From the NCBI GenBank assembly GCA_963771885.1, contig CAVYVF010000022.1, positions 128,001-192,000 of the forward strand: a stretch of 64,000 nucleotides of DNA, written 5' to 3'. The notes beneath the pieces were generated by a model. That model was not told the DNA's origin, ran no database searches, and was given only the letters and a program-made list of their open reading frames with translations. Shown here in pieces: positions 31,708 through 42,600 of the stretch. The translations under genes were made by a program, and so were the position numbers. Each line of letters opens with the position of its first letter. Within the stretch, counting starts at the first letter, position 1. Origin of the DNA: Candidatus Bathyarchaeota archaeon (GTDB lineage Archaea > Thermoproteota > Bathyarchaeia > TCS64).

Positions 31708-31961
31708 TTTTTTTAGATCATATTATTTACATCTTGACGAAGGATGATTATTAATGATCAGTATGTAGTAGATACAACCATTTTGAAGTATTGACCATAA
31801 TACATTCAATCCCCACATGCTACCTCTTTCCTTTATTTTTAATCATAATAGCTTAGGCTTCACCAAAATCTCCAATGATGTGAATATCCCGGAATACTGA
31901 TGTGCTAAATGTCAATCCATAGTTATAAAAACAAGTGAAATAAGGTATCTTTTGAGTATGG

Positions 31962-32544
31962 ATGAATAATCTCCGGAAAGCAGCCATCGCTGTCTTCTTC
32001 ATCCTGTCCGCAACCACCCTTATTGCGGGTTTATCCTATAACCAGAAGAGCGGACGAGACATTCCATAGAATCAGTGCCACTATCTTCGCGACTAGTGTC
32101 CATACAAGCTACGATATGGCCAAGTTCAAGTTCAACGCGACGATATCAAACATGGGGTCGCTAGACCTCCACCTAAGCGGTCTTAAGGTTGTTATCACTA
32201 TCGGTGGAGCCCCGGTCTACACTGGAGAGCTTGGTCCGTGTACAGTGAAGCCTGATTTACCTTTAACTGTCGTGCTCAACGAGGGCGTTCTGGCGGTCCC
32301 CGTTGCGAGTGAGGCTTTTGCTGATGTAGGTTCAGGCATGATCCGGTTGGGGGTGACTTTCAATGGGGCTGCTTCTGCGGGTGGCTTTACCCGCGTGGTC
32401 TCATTCTTGGAGAAGGGTTCGCTCCTTTTTGGAATCGTTCTTAGAAGCTACTTCTTCATAAAAATGGGATGTCCAGATGCGTATTTTAGTAATATTAAAA
32501 ATGTATGTGTAAATAAAAAGGCGTGTGAAAGACATCGTTTCTAA
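31962..32544 (+). pseudogene. Membrane-anchored hypothetical protein, frameshifted near the N-terminus
   Basis: ATG 31962 gives MNNLRKAAIAVFFILSATTLIAG, then shifts into ORF 32023..32544. Confidence 0.45.
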
Positions 32545-32703
32545 AAAATTTTTAAAACACGCTAATCCTATATCTTATTTGAAATCTCTGTCATGTCACA
32601 TCTTCTTCACATACGTAGATTCCCGAACATCGTTAAGGCACTAAAACGGCAGGGTGCCCCAGTAGAATAATGCCCTTCAGAATCGAATGGCCAAGGACTA
32701 CGG

Positions 32704-33126
32704 CTACGCAACCCACCTCCATCCCCCAAGAGTCTCGAAGGCGTGACCATCACGCTGCAGAGCCTTAAGCAGCAGCCGAGTCTCCTCAACGGGAAACCCA
32801 ACACCCCGAGCGAAATGCTCTTCCCCGACGCCCCGATGCCCGGCCCGACGAAGCACCTCAGCCACCTTATCTAGATGCTGCCTGAGCATCGGCGACAACT
32901 CGTCGCCAGATTTAGCTACTTTAGCTGTCTCATGCGGCTCCTGAGGCTGTATATATGCCCTACGGGTGGAGGTAGAGACTTCGAGTTTAGCCTCGCTCGG
33001 CTTGCCCGAATTTTTCACATCACCCACTCCCACCCCCAGCGCATATAGTCTCGTGCTCCTCTTGTCACTGGGGTCCGTCCTTTCCTCGAGGAAGCCCGCC
33101 TCCTCAAGAGACTGGATAAGGCGGCG
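32704..33126 (-). repeat. 423-bp direct duplicate of 36511-36933 (3' end of replication ATPase)
   Basis: Apparently identical for about 375 bp, then a few mostly synonymous differences; truncated at CCGCGCGCGC. Confidence 0.92.
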
Positions 33127-33383
33127 CCGCGCGCGCATATCCTGAGCCCTGCCCTTGGTTGAATTAATTTTTTTGTTTCTTTTTTAAACGTTTTCAGAAC
33201 ATAAAGTGCCCGAGATTCATCCCCCTCAATTCCGTGAGCTCATTCGTGCATGATATAGTCATTTTTTTAACTGAATTATTATGTGTGAATACCCCTTATT
33301 AGGCAATTAAAATAATAGCACTTAAAGAAACATTATACTCATCTATTTCAACTTTCACTAAAAAGGTTCCCGCACCAACTTCT

Positions 33384-33875
33384 TTATCCACCATATCTCT
33401 TTGTCCCCCAAATATCGTCAATATTTATTACCCGCATGGAATTTGGTTTAATCACAATAGACGATTCAAAATTTGATACTCGAGATGAATTATATATCTC
33501 TTTAATGCTTGAAGAATTATTTACGACGTAAATAAAGACTTTATATTCGATCTTCTCCAAAATCATTTCAGAAGCGGACGTATTCACAATGGTAAAATTA
33601 CCCGATATTTCTTCTCCTATAGCAAAACTATGTTTTGGTAAAAAGATAGTCGCAGATACAGTATCTTGAGCCATATCTCCTCGATGATAAAAGCTATAAT
33701 TCAATAGCAGCGCCGTAGCACCGCCAAGAAGAACCATCAAAACAACTAGCGAAGTAACCTCTTTACCAGAATGGGGGACAGTCGCCAAACGTATACACTT
33801 CGATTTAGATGGTCTAATCACTGTCACGTTGATACACCTCAAGTGGAATAATTTTATAGAATTGAATAGTTTCAT
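33384..33875 (-). CDS. Membrane-anchored Ig-like/beta-rich protein (true start probably near 33780)
   Basis: TM SLVVLMVLLGGATALLL, then FAIGEEISGNFTIVN. Confidence 0.55.
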   Translation of the reverse strand: MKLFNSIKLFHLRCINVTVIRPSKSKCIRLATVPHSGKEVTSLVVLMVLLGGATALLLNYSFYHRGDMAQDTVSATIFLPKHSFAIGEEISGNFTIVNTSASEMILEKIEYKVFIYVVNNSSSIKEIYNSSRVSNFESSIVIKPNSMRVINIDDIWGTKRYGG

Positions 33876-34263
33876 ACACGTTAATTAACGTACTTAATAA
33901 CGAGATTGTAAAAGGTATGAATAACTCTGTATTAACGCTAGCCAAGAATAAAAAGACTGCAGAAATCGATAAGAAAAACATCGCATAAAAAAATGAGCGC
34001 GGTATGAACCATATTCCATACTGATAGAAAAACCTGAGAACTCCAATCCTCGTAGCAACATCTAGGTAATACACTCCATATTGTTTACGAAGCAGCTTAT
34101 GTTTAACGAGTTTCTCAAGATGCAGTGAGGCGAGCGAGGGACTAGATAGTTCTAGGTCGTTGGCTACTTTACGAGCAGTTGCTTCCTTAAATCTCATCAT
34201 ATAAACGTAAATCTTAAAGGTGTTATACTGGCCCGCAACGTCTTTCTCCAGCGAACTCTCCAA
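33814..34263 (-). CDS. wHTH regulator with two C-terminal TM helices
   Basis: TARKVANDLELSSPSLASLHLEKL...GVY, IPRSFFYAMFF, two hydrophobic helices. Confidence 0.75.
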   Translation of the reverse strand: MESSLEKDVAGQYNTFKIYVYMMRFKEATARKVANDLELSSPSLASLHLEKLVKHKLLRKQYGVYYLDVATRIGVLRFFYQYGIWFIPRSFFYAMFFLSISAVFLFLASVNTELFIPFTISLLSTLINVYETIQFYKIIPLEVYQRDSD

Positions 34264-34384
34264 AGGTTCACCGCCGCCATCGGAGTCGTCTCTACCGTAT
34301 CTAGATCAGATAAGGAGTCTACGTACCAAGTATTTTAAACTAAAACCAGATCAAGGTGTTCAAATGTTAGAATAAAATAAACGG

Positions 34385-35080
34385 GTGATAGAGTATACCT
34401 CGGGGATGGTTGATTTGTTAGTATATAGAAAGTTGATTCTCCTCTGCGTTGTTGCGTTTATTTCCATAATGTTGATGAATGTAAACGCAAAACCGGAGGG
34501 TGAGGAAGTTGCTGTTGGCCAAGAAGAATCGATTGAAAAATACCTCGGAAAAGAGGTCCTAGCAGGTGAGGGAGTGCTAACAAAACTTGACTCGTTGATA
34601 GGGGAGGAATATCCAGGGCAACAGATTGGCTACGTCTTAGAGATTCTGGACGAGAAGGAATGTGGAGAATACGATGTGATGGGGATCACGACAAGCTTCA
34701 CGAAATTGGAGAAATATAGGGTCGTGGAGGCTATCGTGGGTCAGACCGCTTTAACCTCTAGCCCCGAGGGGATTACACGTTCGTATCAGTATGGGGCAAC
34801 TCTCAGCCCAGGGTACATATATGCACATGGGAACTACTACTTGACTGGGACCGCCGAGTTTTCAAGCACTACTTCTTGGAATCCAGTCTATTCTTTCCAT
34901 ATTGGTTTATACAATCGCGATACTGAATATTTTGGATATGTTACTAAGACTAGTAGTCCTTCCTATGTTCTGAGCTATAATTGGGACTATCCTTACTACT
35001 ATGCTCATGCTGTGAGAAACCCTTCTGGTAGTGCGGGTGACGTAACGTTTTCCTGTATCTATGATTGGAACTACCCTTAG
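34385..35080 (+). CDS. Secreted hypothetical protein
   Basis: Signal-like RKLILLCVVAFISIMLMNVNA; Tyr-rich C-terminal beta domain. Confidence 0.65.
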   Translation: MIEYTSGMVDLLVYRKLILLCVVAFISIMLMNVNAKPEGEEVAVGQEESIEKYLGKEVLAGEGVLTKLDSLIGEEYPGQQIGYVLEILDEKECGEYDVMGITTSFTKLEKYRVVEAIVGQTALTSSPEGITRSYQYGATLSPGYIYAHGNYYLTGTAEFSSTTSWNPVYSFHIGLYNRDTEYFGYVTKTSSPSYVLSYNWDYPYYYAHAVRNPSGSAGDVTFSCIYDWNYP

Positions 35081-35116
35081 TTCGTGTGAAAAGTAAATAC
35101 AAACTCTGGTGAAAAT

Positions 35117-35554
35117 ATGGAAAACGAAAAACAAAGATTAAGAAAAGGAAATATTAAACTAAATACCGATAGAATAGGAAACGTTATTATTCTCGGTTTA
35201 TTAATGAGTGCAATTGTTATCCCTCTAATTTCTGGTACCATTCAAGATTATGAATCAATTAATTGCTCTGTAAGCGCCTATGACGCTTGGCATGAGTGGC
35301 CAAGTGAAGGGGCATTCTATGGATCAAGTGTTCGAGTCACAATCGACTCTACTAATCCCTCTGGCAAACACGTCGCCGTCTGCATAGTACCTCCATATCC
35401 TCCGTTCGAACCATACTATGATGAGAGTCGAACTGCTGGTCAGAGTACGGGGTGGGTAGATACATACGGTCAATACGCTCCATTCTATGTACAAATTAAC
35501 TACAATGGAGACGTTTGCTCGATGACAGGGCATATAGAATGGATCTACCCATAA
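35117..35554 (+). CDS. Secreted small beta-strand protein
   Basis: Hydrophobic signal; VTIDSTNPSGKHV...TAGQSTGW resembles 31216 (VSISSVSPSGNSV...GAGQNTG). Confidence 0.6.
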   Translation: MENEKQRLRKGNIKLNTDRIGNVIILGLLMSAIVIPLISGTIQDYESINCSVSAYDAWHEWPSEGAFYGSSVRVTIDSTNPSGKHVAVCIVPPYPPFEPYYDESRTAGQSTGWVDTYGQYAPFYVQINYNGDVCSMTGHIEWIYP

Positions 35555-35596
35555 TGTTTTTTTTTGGTTTCGTGAAAATCTAAATGAGTAATCTGT

Positions 35597-36239
35597 TTGA
35601 AACTTAATAACGCTTTATTAGTTATTTTAATACTAGCATCAGCGTCAGTTCTCACAAATATATATCAATATATGGAGGTACAGACCTCAAATCAAAAAAT
35701 AATCGAGTTAACTACAAATTTAGGAGCTATATCAAACGTCATTAATTTGCTTGATGATACCACAGTGCTCAGAAAAGAATCTAATCTATTGTTCCGTTCA
35801 TACTCGAATGTGAATAATTATTATATTACTTTTTTATAACAATGAAAACAGTTCTACTCTCATCGTCGATATTTATCTTCAAGCTTTAAACACCACGATT
35901 CCGTTAAGAGTACAAAAAGGAAACGTATTAAATGAAACTGACGCAACTAGCGAATACACTTTTTATCATCTATATAATGGTACTTTTGTTCCCTATACCT
36001 TAAAATGTGCACCTGTCACCTTTTTCCAAAATATTACAACTACGACAACGGTGAAAATACCCCTCAAGGAACGAGGGTGGTATACTTTAAGCATATTAGG
36101 ACCAATTTCCTTAAGTGATAGATTCTATGGCGTGAGGGAAATCTTTACCGCCAATACATTGTATGTAGAAGCCTCTTACCAAATTGAGAAAAATGGCTCT
36201 CCAACGCTATTCGGTGAAAGAGTCAAGCTTCAAAGGTAA
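35597..36239 (+). pseudogene. Membrane-anchored hypothetical protein split by a frameshift
   Basis: ORF 35597..35839 (TM anchor) continues in another frame to 36239. Confidence 0.5.
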
Positions 36240-36510
36240 TATGAAATCCGATAATATATAGGGCCATTTTCCACCTTCCTCCACTTCTCGTCGTGATGTC
36301 CGCATACGGGTTAAAAAGAGAGGATCTGCGGGTAGCATCTCCATATTTATCTAGTTCAAACCTCAGAGTCCGCATTGGCTAAACCCCACGTCTAGTCATT
36401 TCATCTTCCTAAAGGCAGATTCTCCCGGATCTCCTTAAGATACTCCAAGTGCAGACGCGCCAAAGTAAAAAACCCCATCAAAACCAATTAACCAAAGACG
36501 TCCACTACAA

Positions 36511-38304
36511 CTACGCAACCCACCTCCATCCCCCAAGAGTCTCGAAGGCGTGACCATCACGCTGCAGAGCCTTAAGCAGCAGCCGAGTCTCCTCAACGGG
36601 AAACCCAACACCCCGAGCGAAATGCTCTTCCCCGACGCCCCGATGCCCGGCCCGACGAAGCACCTCAGCCACCTTATCTAGATGCTGCCTGAGCATCGGC
36701 GACAACTCGTCGCCAGATTTAGCTACTTTAGCTGTCTCATGCGGCTCCTGAGGCTGTATATATGCCCTACGGGTGGAGGTAGAGACTTCGAGTTTAGCCT
36801 CGCTCGGCTTGCCCGAATTTTTCACATCACCCACTCCCACCCCCAGCGCATATAGTCTCGTGCTCCTCTTGTCACTGGGGTCCGTCTTCTCCTCGAGGAA
36901 ACCCGCCTCCTCGAGGCTCTGGATAAGGCGGCGTCTGCCCTTCTCGCTCAGCCGCGACTTAAACCTAAGATAGTAGCTCTGGCTAAACCCCACCTTGCTC
37001 AGACCCTCATCCCCAGCCGCCTCCAGCAGCCCCCTGAGCGTATCCCGCCACCAATCATAGACATACGGCGGAAGCCCAATACGGTTACTGATAATCGTGC
37101 GGCTGAGGATCTCCTTCGCCGCCTCAATATCCTCCGGCTCCGCGTAGAGCACGCCGCCAACCGTATACTTCCGCTGAGGAAGATTGAAGAGGGCGTGCCC
37201 CTTCGCCATAGCCACTATCCTCGGGAAGTCCCTCTGATCACGCGGCGACAGATCCCGGGGCTCACCGCCTACTCCACCCTTGAACCAAGCGAGAAGCCCC
37301 GCCATGTCCTCCGGCTTGATTACGACCTCCCGTATGTTAGCGGCTTTGACCATCTCGATCCTGACGCGTAGCATGTTCCCCTCAGGGTCGCCATCGAGCC
37401 TAGCCGAGAACGTCTCCCTATTCCCAAGGCTCTCAGCCTGAAAATCAAGGGAGTCGCCGAGCTTCTCCTGCGTCATATCCGGGGAAATCACGCTGAAGCG
37501 TGTACGCTCCTAATCATCGGGGTTAAAGCTCGCCTGGCAGAAGATCATCGTCGGGTAGCCGACCAGCTTAACCGTCTTCGTCAGGTTCCCACCCGACGAG
37601 CTCTTATCCGTGATGTCGGCGAGGAGCTCCTTCTCGTCATGTGACAGCAGGCTGCGCAGCGGCGAGAGGACCTGATCGTCGGGCGTGTCCTTAAAGATCT
37701 GTATCCGCTTCTCAAGGTTGACCACGTAGAGCTTAGGTACCGCGTCCCACTCATCGCGAAAGCGCCGATAGACGGCCTTGCGTTCCTCCCGCCTCCCCGC
37801 GGCCCGCCTCCTCTCCGCGACGGCCTTCTGGGAGGCGTCGCTCGTGTCGGGTGCGTAGACGGGTGGGTGCTCGCCGTCCCACTCATCCATTCGGCGCTTG
37901 AGGTATTCGGCTCGGTCTTCGAGCGGCTTCCCGTCGGCGGTCTGCAGCTCGCTGTTCTTGTGGAAGAAGGCGCGGCGACTCGTGTAGCCCCGCTTGTCAA
38001 CGTCCTCCTTGGGGAAGTACTTCGCGCACTCTAGTGCGATGTAGCTCTTGCCGGTGCTGCTTGGGGCCTGGAACATTACGTTCTGCTGGTCCTGGTAGGT
38101 ATAGTTCAGGATCATGCTGAGGAAGGTGATGAGCTTGTTGTCGTCGTCGCGCTTGATGGTGCGGCTCAGCACCCTGAGGAGGAAATCTCTGTCCATCTTC
38201 CCGGCGGCGGCCTCGTGTGCCTGTTTCCAGAGGCGCATCTTTTCAGCGGCATCGCTGAAACTATGTGCGCTGTGGGTGGGGGTGGTTGTGTCGTTTTTTT
38301 CCAA
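36511..38304 (-). pseudogene. MCM-like AAA+ replication ATPase/helicase with C-terminal wHTH; in-frame TAG at 37510-37512
   Basis: Walker A APSSTGKS, LRSLLSHD, DD*ERTRF (Arg-finger-like), PRDQRDFPR; the two ORFs are in the same frame. Confidence 0.7.
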
Positions 38305-38485
38305 GGTTTGTTCTCCGGTCAGTGTAGCGGGTACGCCTCTTGGCGCCGCTTGATCTCAGCGTCCTCCGCCGCGGTTCTGATCTTCTCCTCATCGGTTAGG
38401 ATGTCGAGCTCGGCGGGGTCGACTATACACCAGCTGTTGTCGCGGGGCTGTCGTCTTCTTTTCCGGCGCCTGAAGCTGAAGAGGG

Positions 38486-38881
38486 TCAAGTCGAGCCCCT
38501 CGGCTTCGCCCTGTTGAGGAACTTGCCGTCCCTGCTTAGGGTGATCTCGTAGCCTGCCTGGGCGACTTTGCCCATCCGCTTCACAGCTTCGACGAGCTGA
38601 GCCCTGCCAGGCGGGATTGAGCCGTCCCTCTCCTGGACGAAGCCCCACGCCCAACCATCCTCGGCATTCGCAGGTCTTCTTATGCCCGTGTTCTTCTCGG
38701 TCACCCACCACTCGACGACGTCGCTAGGTATGTTGCCCGGTGTGGGTTGCTGTGTAACTGGCGGCTTCGAAATGTATCCGTCTGAGCCCAGCGCTCCGAT
38801 GTAGTCGAGAAGGTCCTGAGCCATGTTTCTAAGCGCCACCATCTCATCAGCCCTAATGGTGACGTAACCGCCCTCGCTCAA
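38486..38881 (-). CDS. Hypothetical MGE protein
   Basis: 131-aa ORF in the operon upstream of the replication gene. Confidence 0.55.
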   Translation of the reverse strand: MSEGGYVTIRADEMVALRNMAQDLLDYIGALGSDGYISKPPVTQQPTPGNIPSDVVEWWVTEKNTGIRRPANAEDGWAWGFVQERDGSIPPGRAQLVEAVKRMGKVAQAGYEITLSRDGKFLNRAKPRGST

Positions 38882-39029
38882 TGCTGGGCTCTCCTGGCGG
38901 CTACCCTTGCCTGAAGGTACTCGAGGAGACGATCAACCTGCTCCTCTTTAATAGGCGAGTCAATCCCTTTTTTGATAGGTGCCTGGGCAGCGCTCTTCCC
39001 TGGCCGGAACGGTTCCGCTTCAGGCACCA

Positions 39030-39212
39030 CTATCTGTCTCCTCCCTCACGCTTCGGTGGGATGTAAGGGCGGATTGTGAGAACACCGTCCACCTCTATGG
39101 CGACGGAATCGATCCGCCTCCCCGCTTCGGCTTCGCAGTAGTCGAGCCAGTCTTTCGGAAGGTAGATCGCCTTTGAGCCTCCACTATTGATGAGTTTCTT
39201 AATCATCGGCAT
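39030..39212 (-). CDS. AbrB/MazE-like small DNA-binding protein
   Basis: KKLINSGGSKAIYLPKDW...VAIEVDGVLTIRP. Confidence 0.75.
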   Translation of the reverse strand: MPMIKKLINSGGSKAIYLPKDWLDYCEAEAGRRIDSVAIEVDGVLTIRPYIPPKREGGDR

Positions 39213-39256
39213 GATTGTCCGGTATAGGATAAACAGGACAAACCATATATAGGAAA

Positions 39257-39925
39257 TTGATAGGTAATATTACACATGGAGGTATGTATACTTTGGTAGG
39301 TATAGTTAAACGCAGTTTAGGAAGGGAAAGGCGACCATTGACGAACAGTGAGAAGGTGGTTCTATCCTACATTCTAGAGAAAGGGCCATCCCATGGCTTC
39401 GGAATACATGATGAGACTGGGGTAACAGAGAAGACAACTTACACGGCATTGAAGAGCTTGACTAAAACGGGATTGTTAAAACCTCGTGCCGAGGGGGAGG
39501 GAGGTAAGCTGAGGCCGGGACTAGAGGCCAAGTTTTACCACTTGACATTGAAGGGCTTGGTTGAGGGACTCGTGACCAACAAGGGCGCGTGGAAGAAGAT
39601 AGACAGGATTGCTGAACAGTGGGAAGGGACACTACCTCTTGTTTTTAATAAATGGAATTATATCACCGCGTCGGGGGTGAGGGCAGTCGCTATAGAACAG
39701 CTTGAACGCATCATTACCGAGGTACACAGTGGACTCGTTGACACGCAGGAACTCCCCAAGGAGTTCTACACGGGAGGTAATGTATACGTGAGAAACGAGG
39801 ACTGGTTTAAGATGCTCGTAAACGACCAGGAGCTGAAGACAATTCTCACAGCTAAGATCAGAGAATGGGATAGAGAAAACGACATGGAGCGCCAAGATAT
39901 TGAGACCCTGAAGAAGAGGCTTTAA
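39257..39925 (+). CDS. wHTH transcriptional regulator (putative element repressor)
   Basis: GPSHGFGIHDETGVTEKTTYTALKSL...KFYHLTLKG; divergent from the AbrB/rep operon. Confidence 0.7.
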   Translation: MIGNITHGGMYTLVGIVKRSLGRERRPLTNSEKVVLSYILEKGPSHGFGIHDETGVTEKTTYTALKSLTKTGLLKPRAEGEGGKLRPGLEAKFYHLTLKGLVEGLVTNKGAWKKIDRIAEQWEGTLPLVFNKWNYITASGVRAVAIEQLERIITEVHSGLVDTQELPKEFYTGGNVYVRNEDWFKMLVNDQELKTILTAKIREWDRENDMERQDIETLKKRL

Positions 39926-41126
39926 CCCGTTCTTTTTGAAGCCTTCTCGAGGAGCGCTGGATTTTCCTCGATGAGCACCTTGAGGTAGTCCCTCATCTCT
40001 GTTTTCATTTCCTCTTTGATCTTCGCGATATCACGATCCTTCTCAGCTTCCACTCTGTCGAGCTTAGCCTGAAGCTCAGCGACAGTGTCCTCACTAACAA
40101 GACCATAGGGCTTCGAGGAGGTAAGTAGATTCAGGTACGGCAGCCGGGTCCTGAAGTGGCTCTTCATCTTGTCAACCACCTGCTCCCCATGAAAATAGCC
40201 ATTAGCATCGACTTTGTGACCCATCATAAACTCGATCTGCTCAGCGTCGCCCCGTCCCCTCTGCGTCCAGTTTGTTCGGGCAAGATCCCTAAGGTTGTGA
40301 AGACCTCGTCCGTACCTGGGTATCTTCCTACTCCCAGGCAGTGGCTTGAGAAGACCTAGGGCTCGGAGCTGCCTAAGCCAATACTCCTGGAGGGACTTTT
40401 TCTCCATTGGATCATGGAACTGGTTCTGGAAAATTGGCCCATTATCTAAACCTCGCCTCTCCTCGATGTACACCTTTAATGCCTCGAAGGCATCACCACC
40501 GAAGAAGGTGCTAAATGAAGTCGTAAATCGGGTGTTCTTACGACCAGGCAACGTAACTGTAACGATATCGATGCCTGAGTCTATCTGCTTCTTCAGGTCT
40601 CGCCATCCCTCATTCGACCAGGTAACGAGGCTCTCCTGATCAAGGGTACTCTGGAACATGATCAAGTAGATAGCCCTGAAGGTCACATTCGACCTGTCGA
40701 TGACAAGCCGAATCTCGTCGAGTGTGAGATCGCAGGGAACCGGCGCGAAGTCGCCCCTAATCCTAAAACTCCGTCCCGGGGAAGGGTCGCCCGGTTGAAC
40801 TCCATGAAGCTCCTCAGAGTCTTAACGTGGTTCTCTAGGTAGCCCTTGCGCCCCTTCTTAGACCTCACCCACTTCTGAATATACTCGTAGAGAAGGTACT
40901 CGGCGTCCTCCTCATCGCTCTTGCGAGACTGCTTCTGATAAGAGACAAGCTCATCAGGCGTGAGGCCTCCAAGCTCCGGGCTATTCAAAGCCAGCCACTT
41001 CATGAAGGACTCGAAAAGGTAGATGTACCCCCGATAGGTACTGGCCCCTAGACCCTCTCTCCAACGCTGCACAGACTGATACTTTTCAAGCCCTGAGATC
41101 GTCGACGAGCCCTTAACACCCTTCAA
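39922..41126 (-). pseudogene. Tyrosine recombinase/integrase, frameshifted near 40690-40770
   Basis: N-terminal core-binding domain (STYRGY..F) plus catalytic motifs GRKN, HNLRDLART, EFMMGH...GY. Confidence 0.8.
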
Positions 41127-41243
41127 ACCCTTACCCGCGAGTGAAGTCGTCGGATTAATACTTAAGTTTTCTTGGATTACCGAAGCTGACTACGCGGATC
41201 GGCATATAGGTACTTTGGACGTTTCACGTTGAAAAGGAAGGCG

Positions 41244-41657
41244 CTAACCCGCGGGCTTGCTCCCTATCTCCTGCGCGAACCTGAGGAGGTACCCGTCGGG
41301 GTCCTGAATGAGGAACTCCTTGACCCCGTAAATGGTGTCTCCTCCTCTATACCAGCTCTCCTTCGGGGGACGGAAGAGGGGGATGCCTTCTACCTCGAGT
41401 GCTTTAAGGAGAGCATCTACGTCGTTCGCATGGAATTGGAAGTTGATGCCCCGCCCGTATGGGTATTCAAGTTCTCCCGTCGCCCAGTGCCCGTTCGTCT
41501 CCTCAATCATCAGCTGCGCGCCTTCACGGCTCAGGTACATGAACTTGTTAGCGGGGCGCTCGTACTCTACCTTGAACCCGAGTGTGTCGACGTAGAAGGC
41601 TCGGCTCCGCGGGAGGTTGGAGACGCTTATCTCGGGAACTAGGGAGTTGAACTGCAT
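41244..41657 (-). CDS. VOC family (bleomycin-resistance-like) protein
   Basis: LVPEISVSNL..SRAFY..LGF, PYGRGINFQ, QDPDGYLLRF. Confidence 0.9.
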   Translation of the reverse strand: MQFNSLVPEISVSNLPRSRAFYVDTLGFKVEYERPANKFMYLSREGAQLMIEETNGHWATGELEYPYGRGINFQFHANDVDALLKALEVEGIPLFRPPKESWYRGGDTIYGVKEFLIQDPDGYLLRFAQEIGSKPAG

Positions 41658-41748
41658 GTGCAGGATATCGTAGTCGAGTGACTAAAGGTTGTGGGATCTT
41701 CTTCGCAAGTGTTAAAATTGGTTCAGCCTGATTCTATACGGTGTTCTC

Positions 41749-42600
41749 TTGGCGAAGATGATAATTACGGCTGCCCTGACGGGAGGCGAACCCGTGCACA
41801 AGGGGATGACGCCCTACGTTCCGAGTTCCCCCGAGGAGATAGCTGAGGAGACGTACAAGTGCTGGGAGGCAGGCGCCTCAATAGTGCACCTTCACGCGAA
41901 GGACCCCGTGACAGGGAAGCCTGCTTCAGACCCTAACCCCTACTTCAAAAAGTACGCGAAGATGATCCGAGATAGGTGCGACATCATCATTAATATGACG
42001 ACCGGAGGCGCACGCCCGACGACTGGCGACAAGCTCGACGAGATGGTTAAGGAGCGCTGCGGCCTCGGTGCAGAGATGATGAGCCTCAATATGGGCACAA
42101 TCAACCTCTGGACTCCCCCATACGAGAACGTCTTCATGAACGAGATACCCCGCATCAAGAAGTGGGTGGGGTACATGTACGAGGCGGGCATCAAGCCGGA
42201 GCTGGAGTTCTACGACACGGGTATGATCAATGCGACGAAGATGCTCGTCAGGGACGGCGTAATGAAGGAGCCACTTCACGTTCAGTTCGTGATGGTTGGG
42301 ACGACTGGCTGGTCGCCGACGCCTAAGGCGCTCATGTACGGCGTGGAGCAGCTAAATCCGAACTGGACATGGAGCGTCTGCTCCCTAGGACGCACCCAAC
42401 TCCCCATGGGGGCGTTCGCGATGACCCTCGGGGGACACGTACGCGTCGGCTTCGAGGACAACATCTACATCCGCCACGGCGAACTGGCGAAGAGCAACGC
42501 CGACCTCGTAAAGAGGATAGTCACAATAGCTGAGGCGTTAAACATCGAGATCGCGAAACCCGACGAGGCGAGGAAGATACTCGGGCTACATAAACCCTAG
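41749..42600 (+). CDS. 3-keto-5-aminohexanoate cleavage enzyme family (BKACE/DUF849)
   Basis: IITAALTG, AGASIVHLHAKD, KPELE, GGHVRVGFEDN. Confidence 0.92.
   Translation: MAKMIITAALTGGEPVHKGMTPYVPSSPEEIAEETYKCWEAGASIVHLHAKDPVTGKPASDPNPYFKKYAKMIRDRCDIIINMTTGGARPTTGDKLDEMVKERCGLGAEMMSLNMGTINLWTPPYENVFMNEIPRIKKWVGYMYEAGIKPELEFYDTGMINATKMLVRDGVMKEPLHVQFVMVGTTGWSPTPKALMYGVEQLNPNWTWSVCSLGRTQLPMGAFAMTLGGHVRVGFEDNIYIRHGELAKSNADLVKRIVTIAEALNIEIAKPDEARKILGLHKP

Larger units (their letters stand above)
11600..41220. mobile_element. Composite, decaying integrative element / genomic island (ends approximate; no att pair found)
   Basis: Integrase, repressor, replication ATPase, DUF932, TA pair, RHS toxins, AT-rich cargo blocks and internal duplications between core genes. 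Confidence 0.8.

Noticed and set aside
11540..41240. attL/attR direct repeat at the island ends
   Set aside because: I compared 11540-11700 with 41130-41240 by eye and found no shared repeat, so the ends remain approximate.
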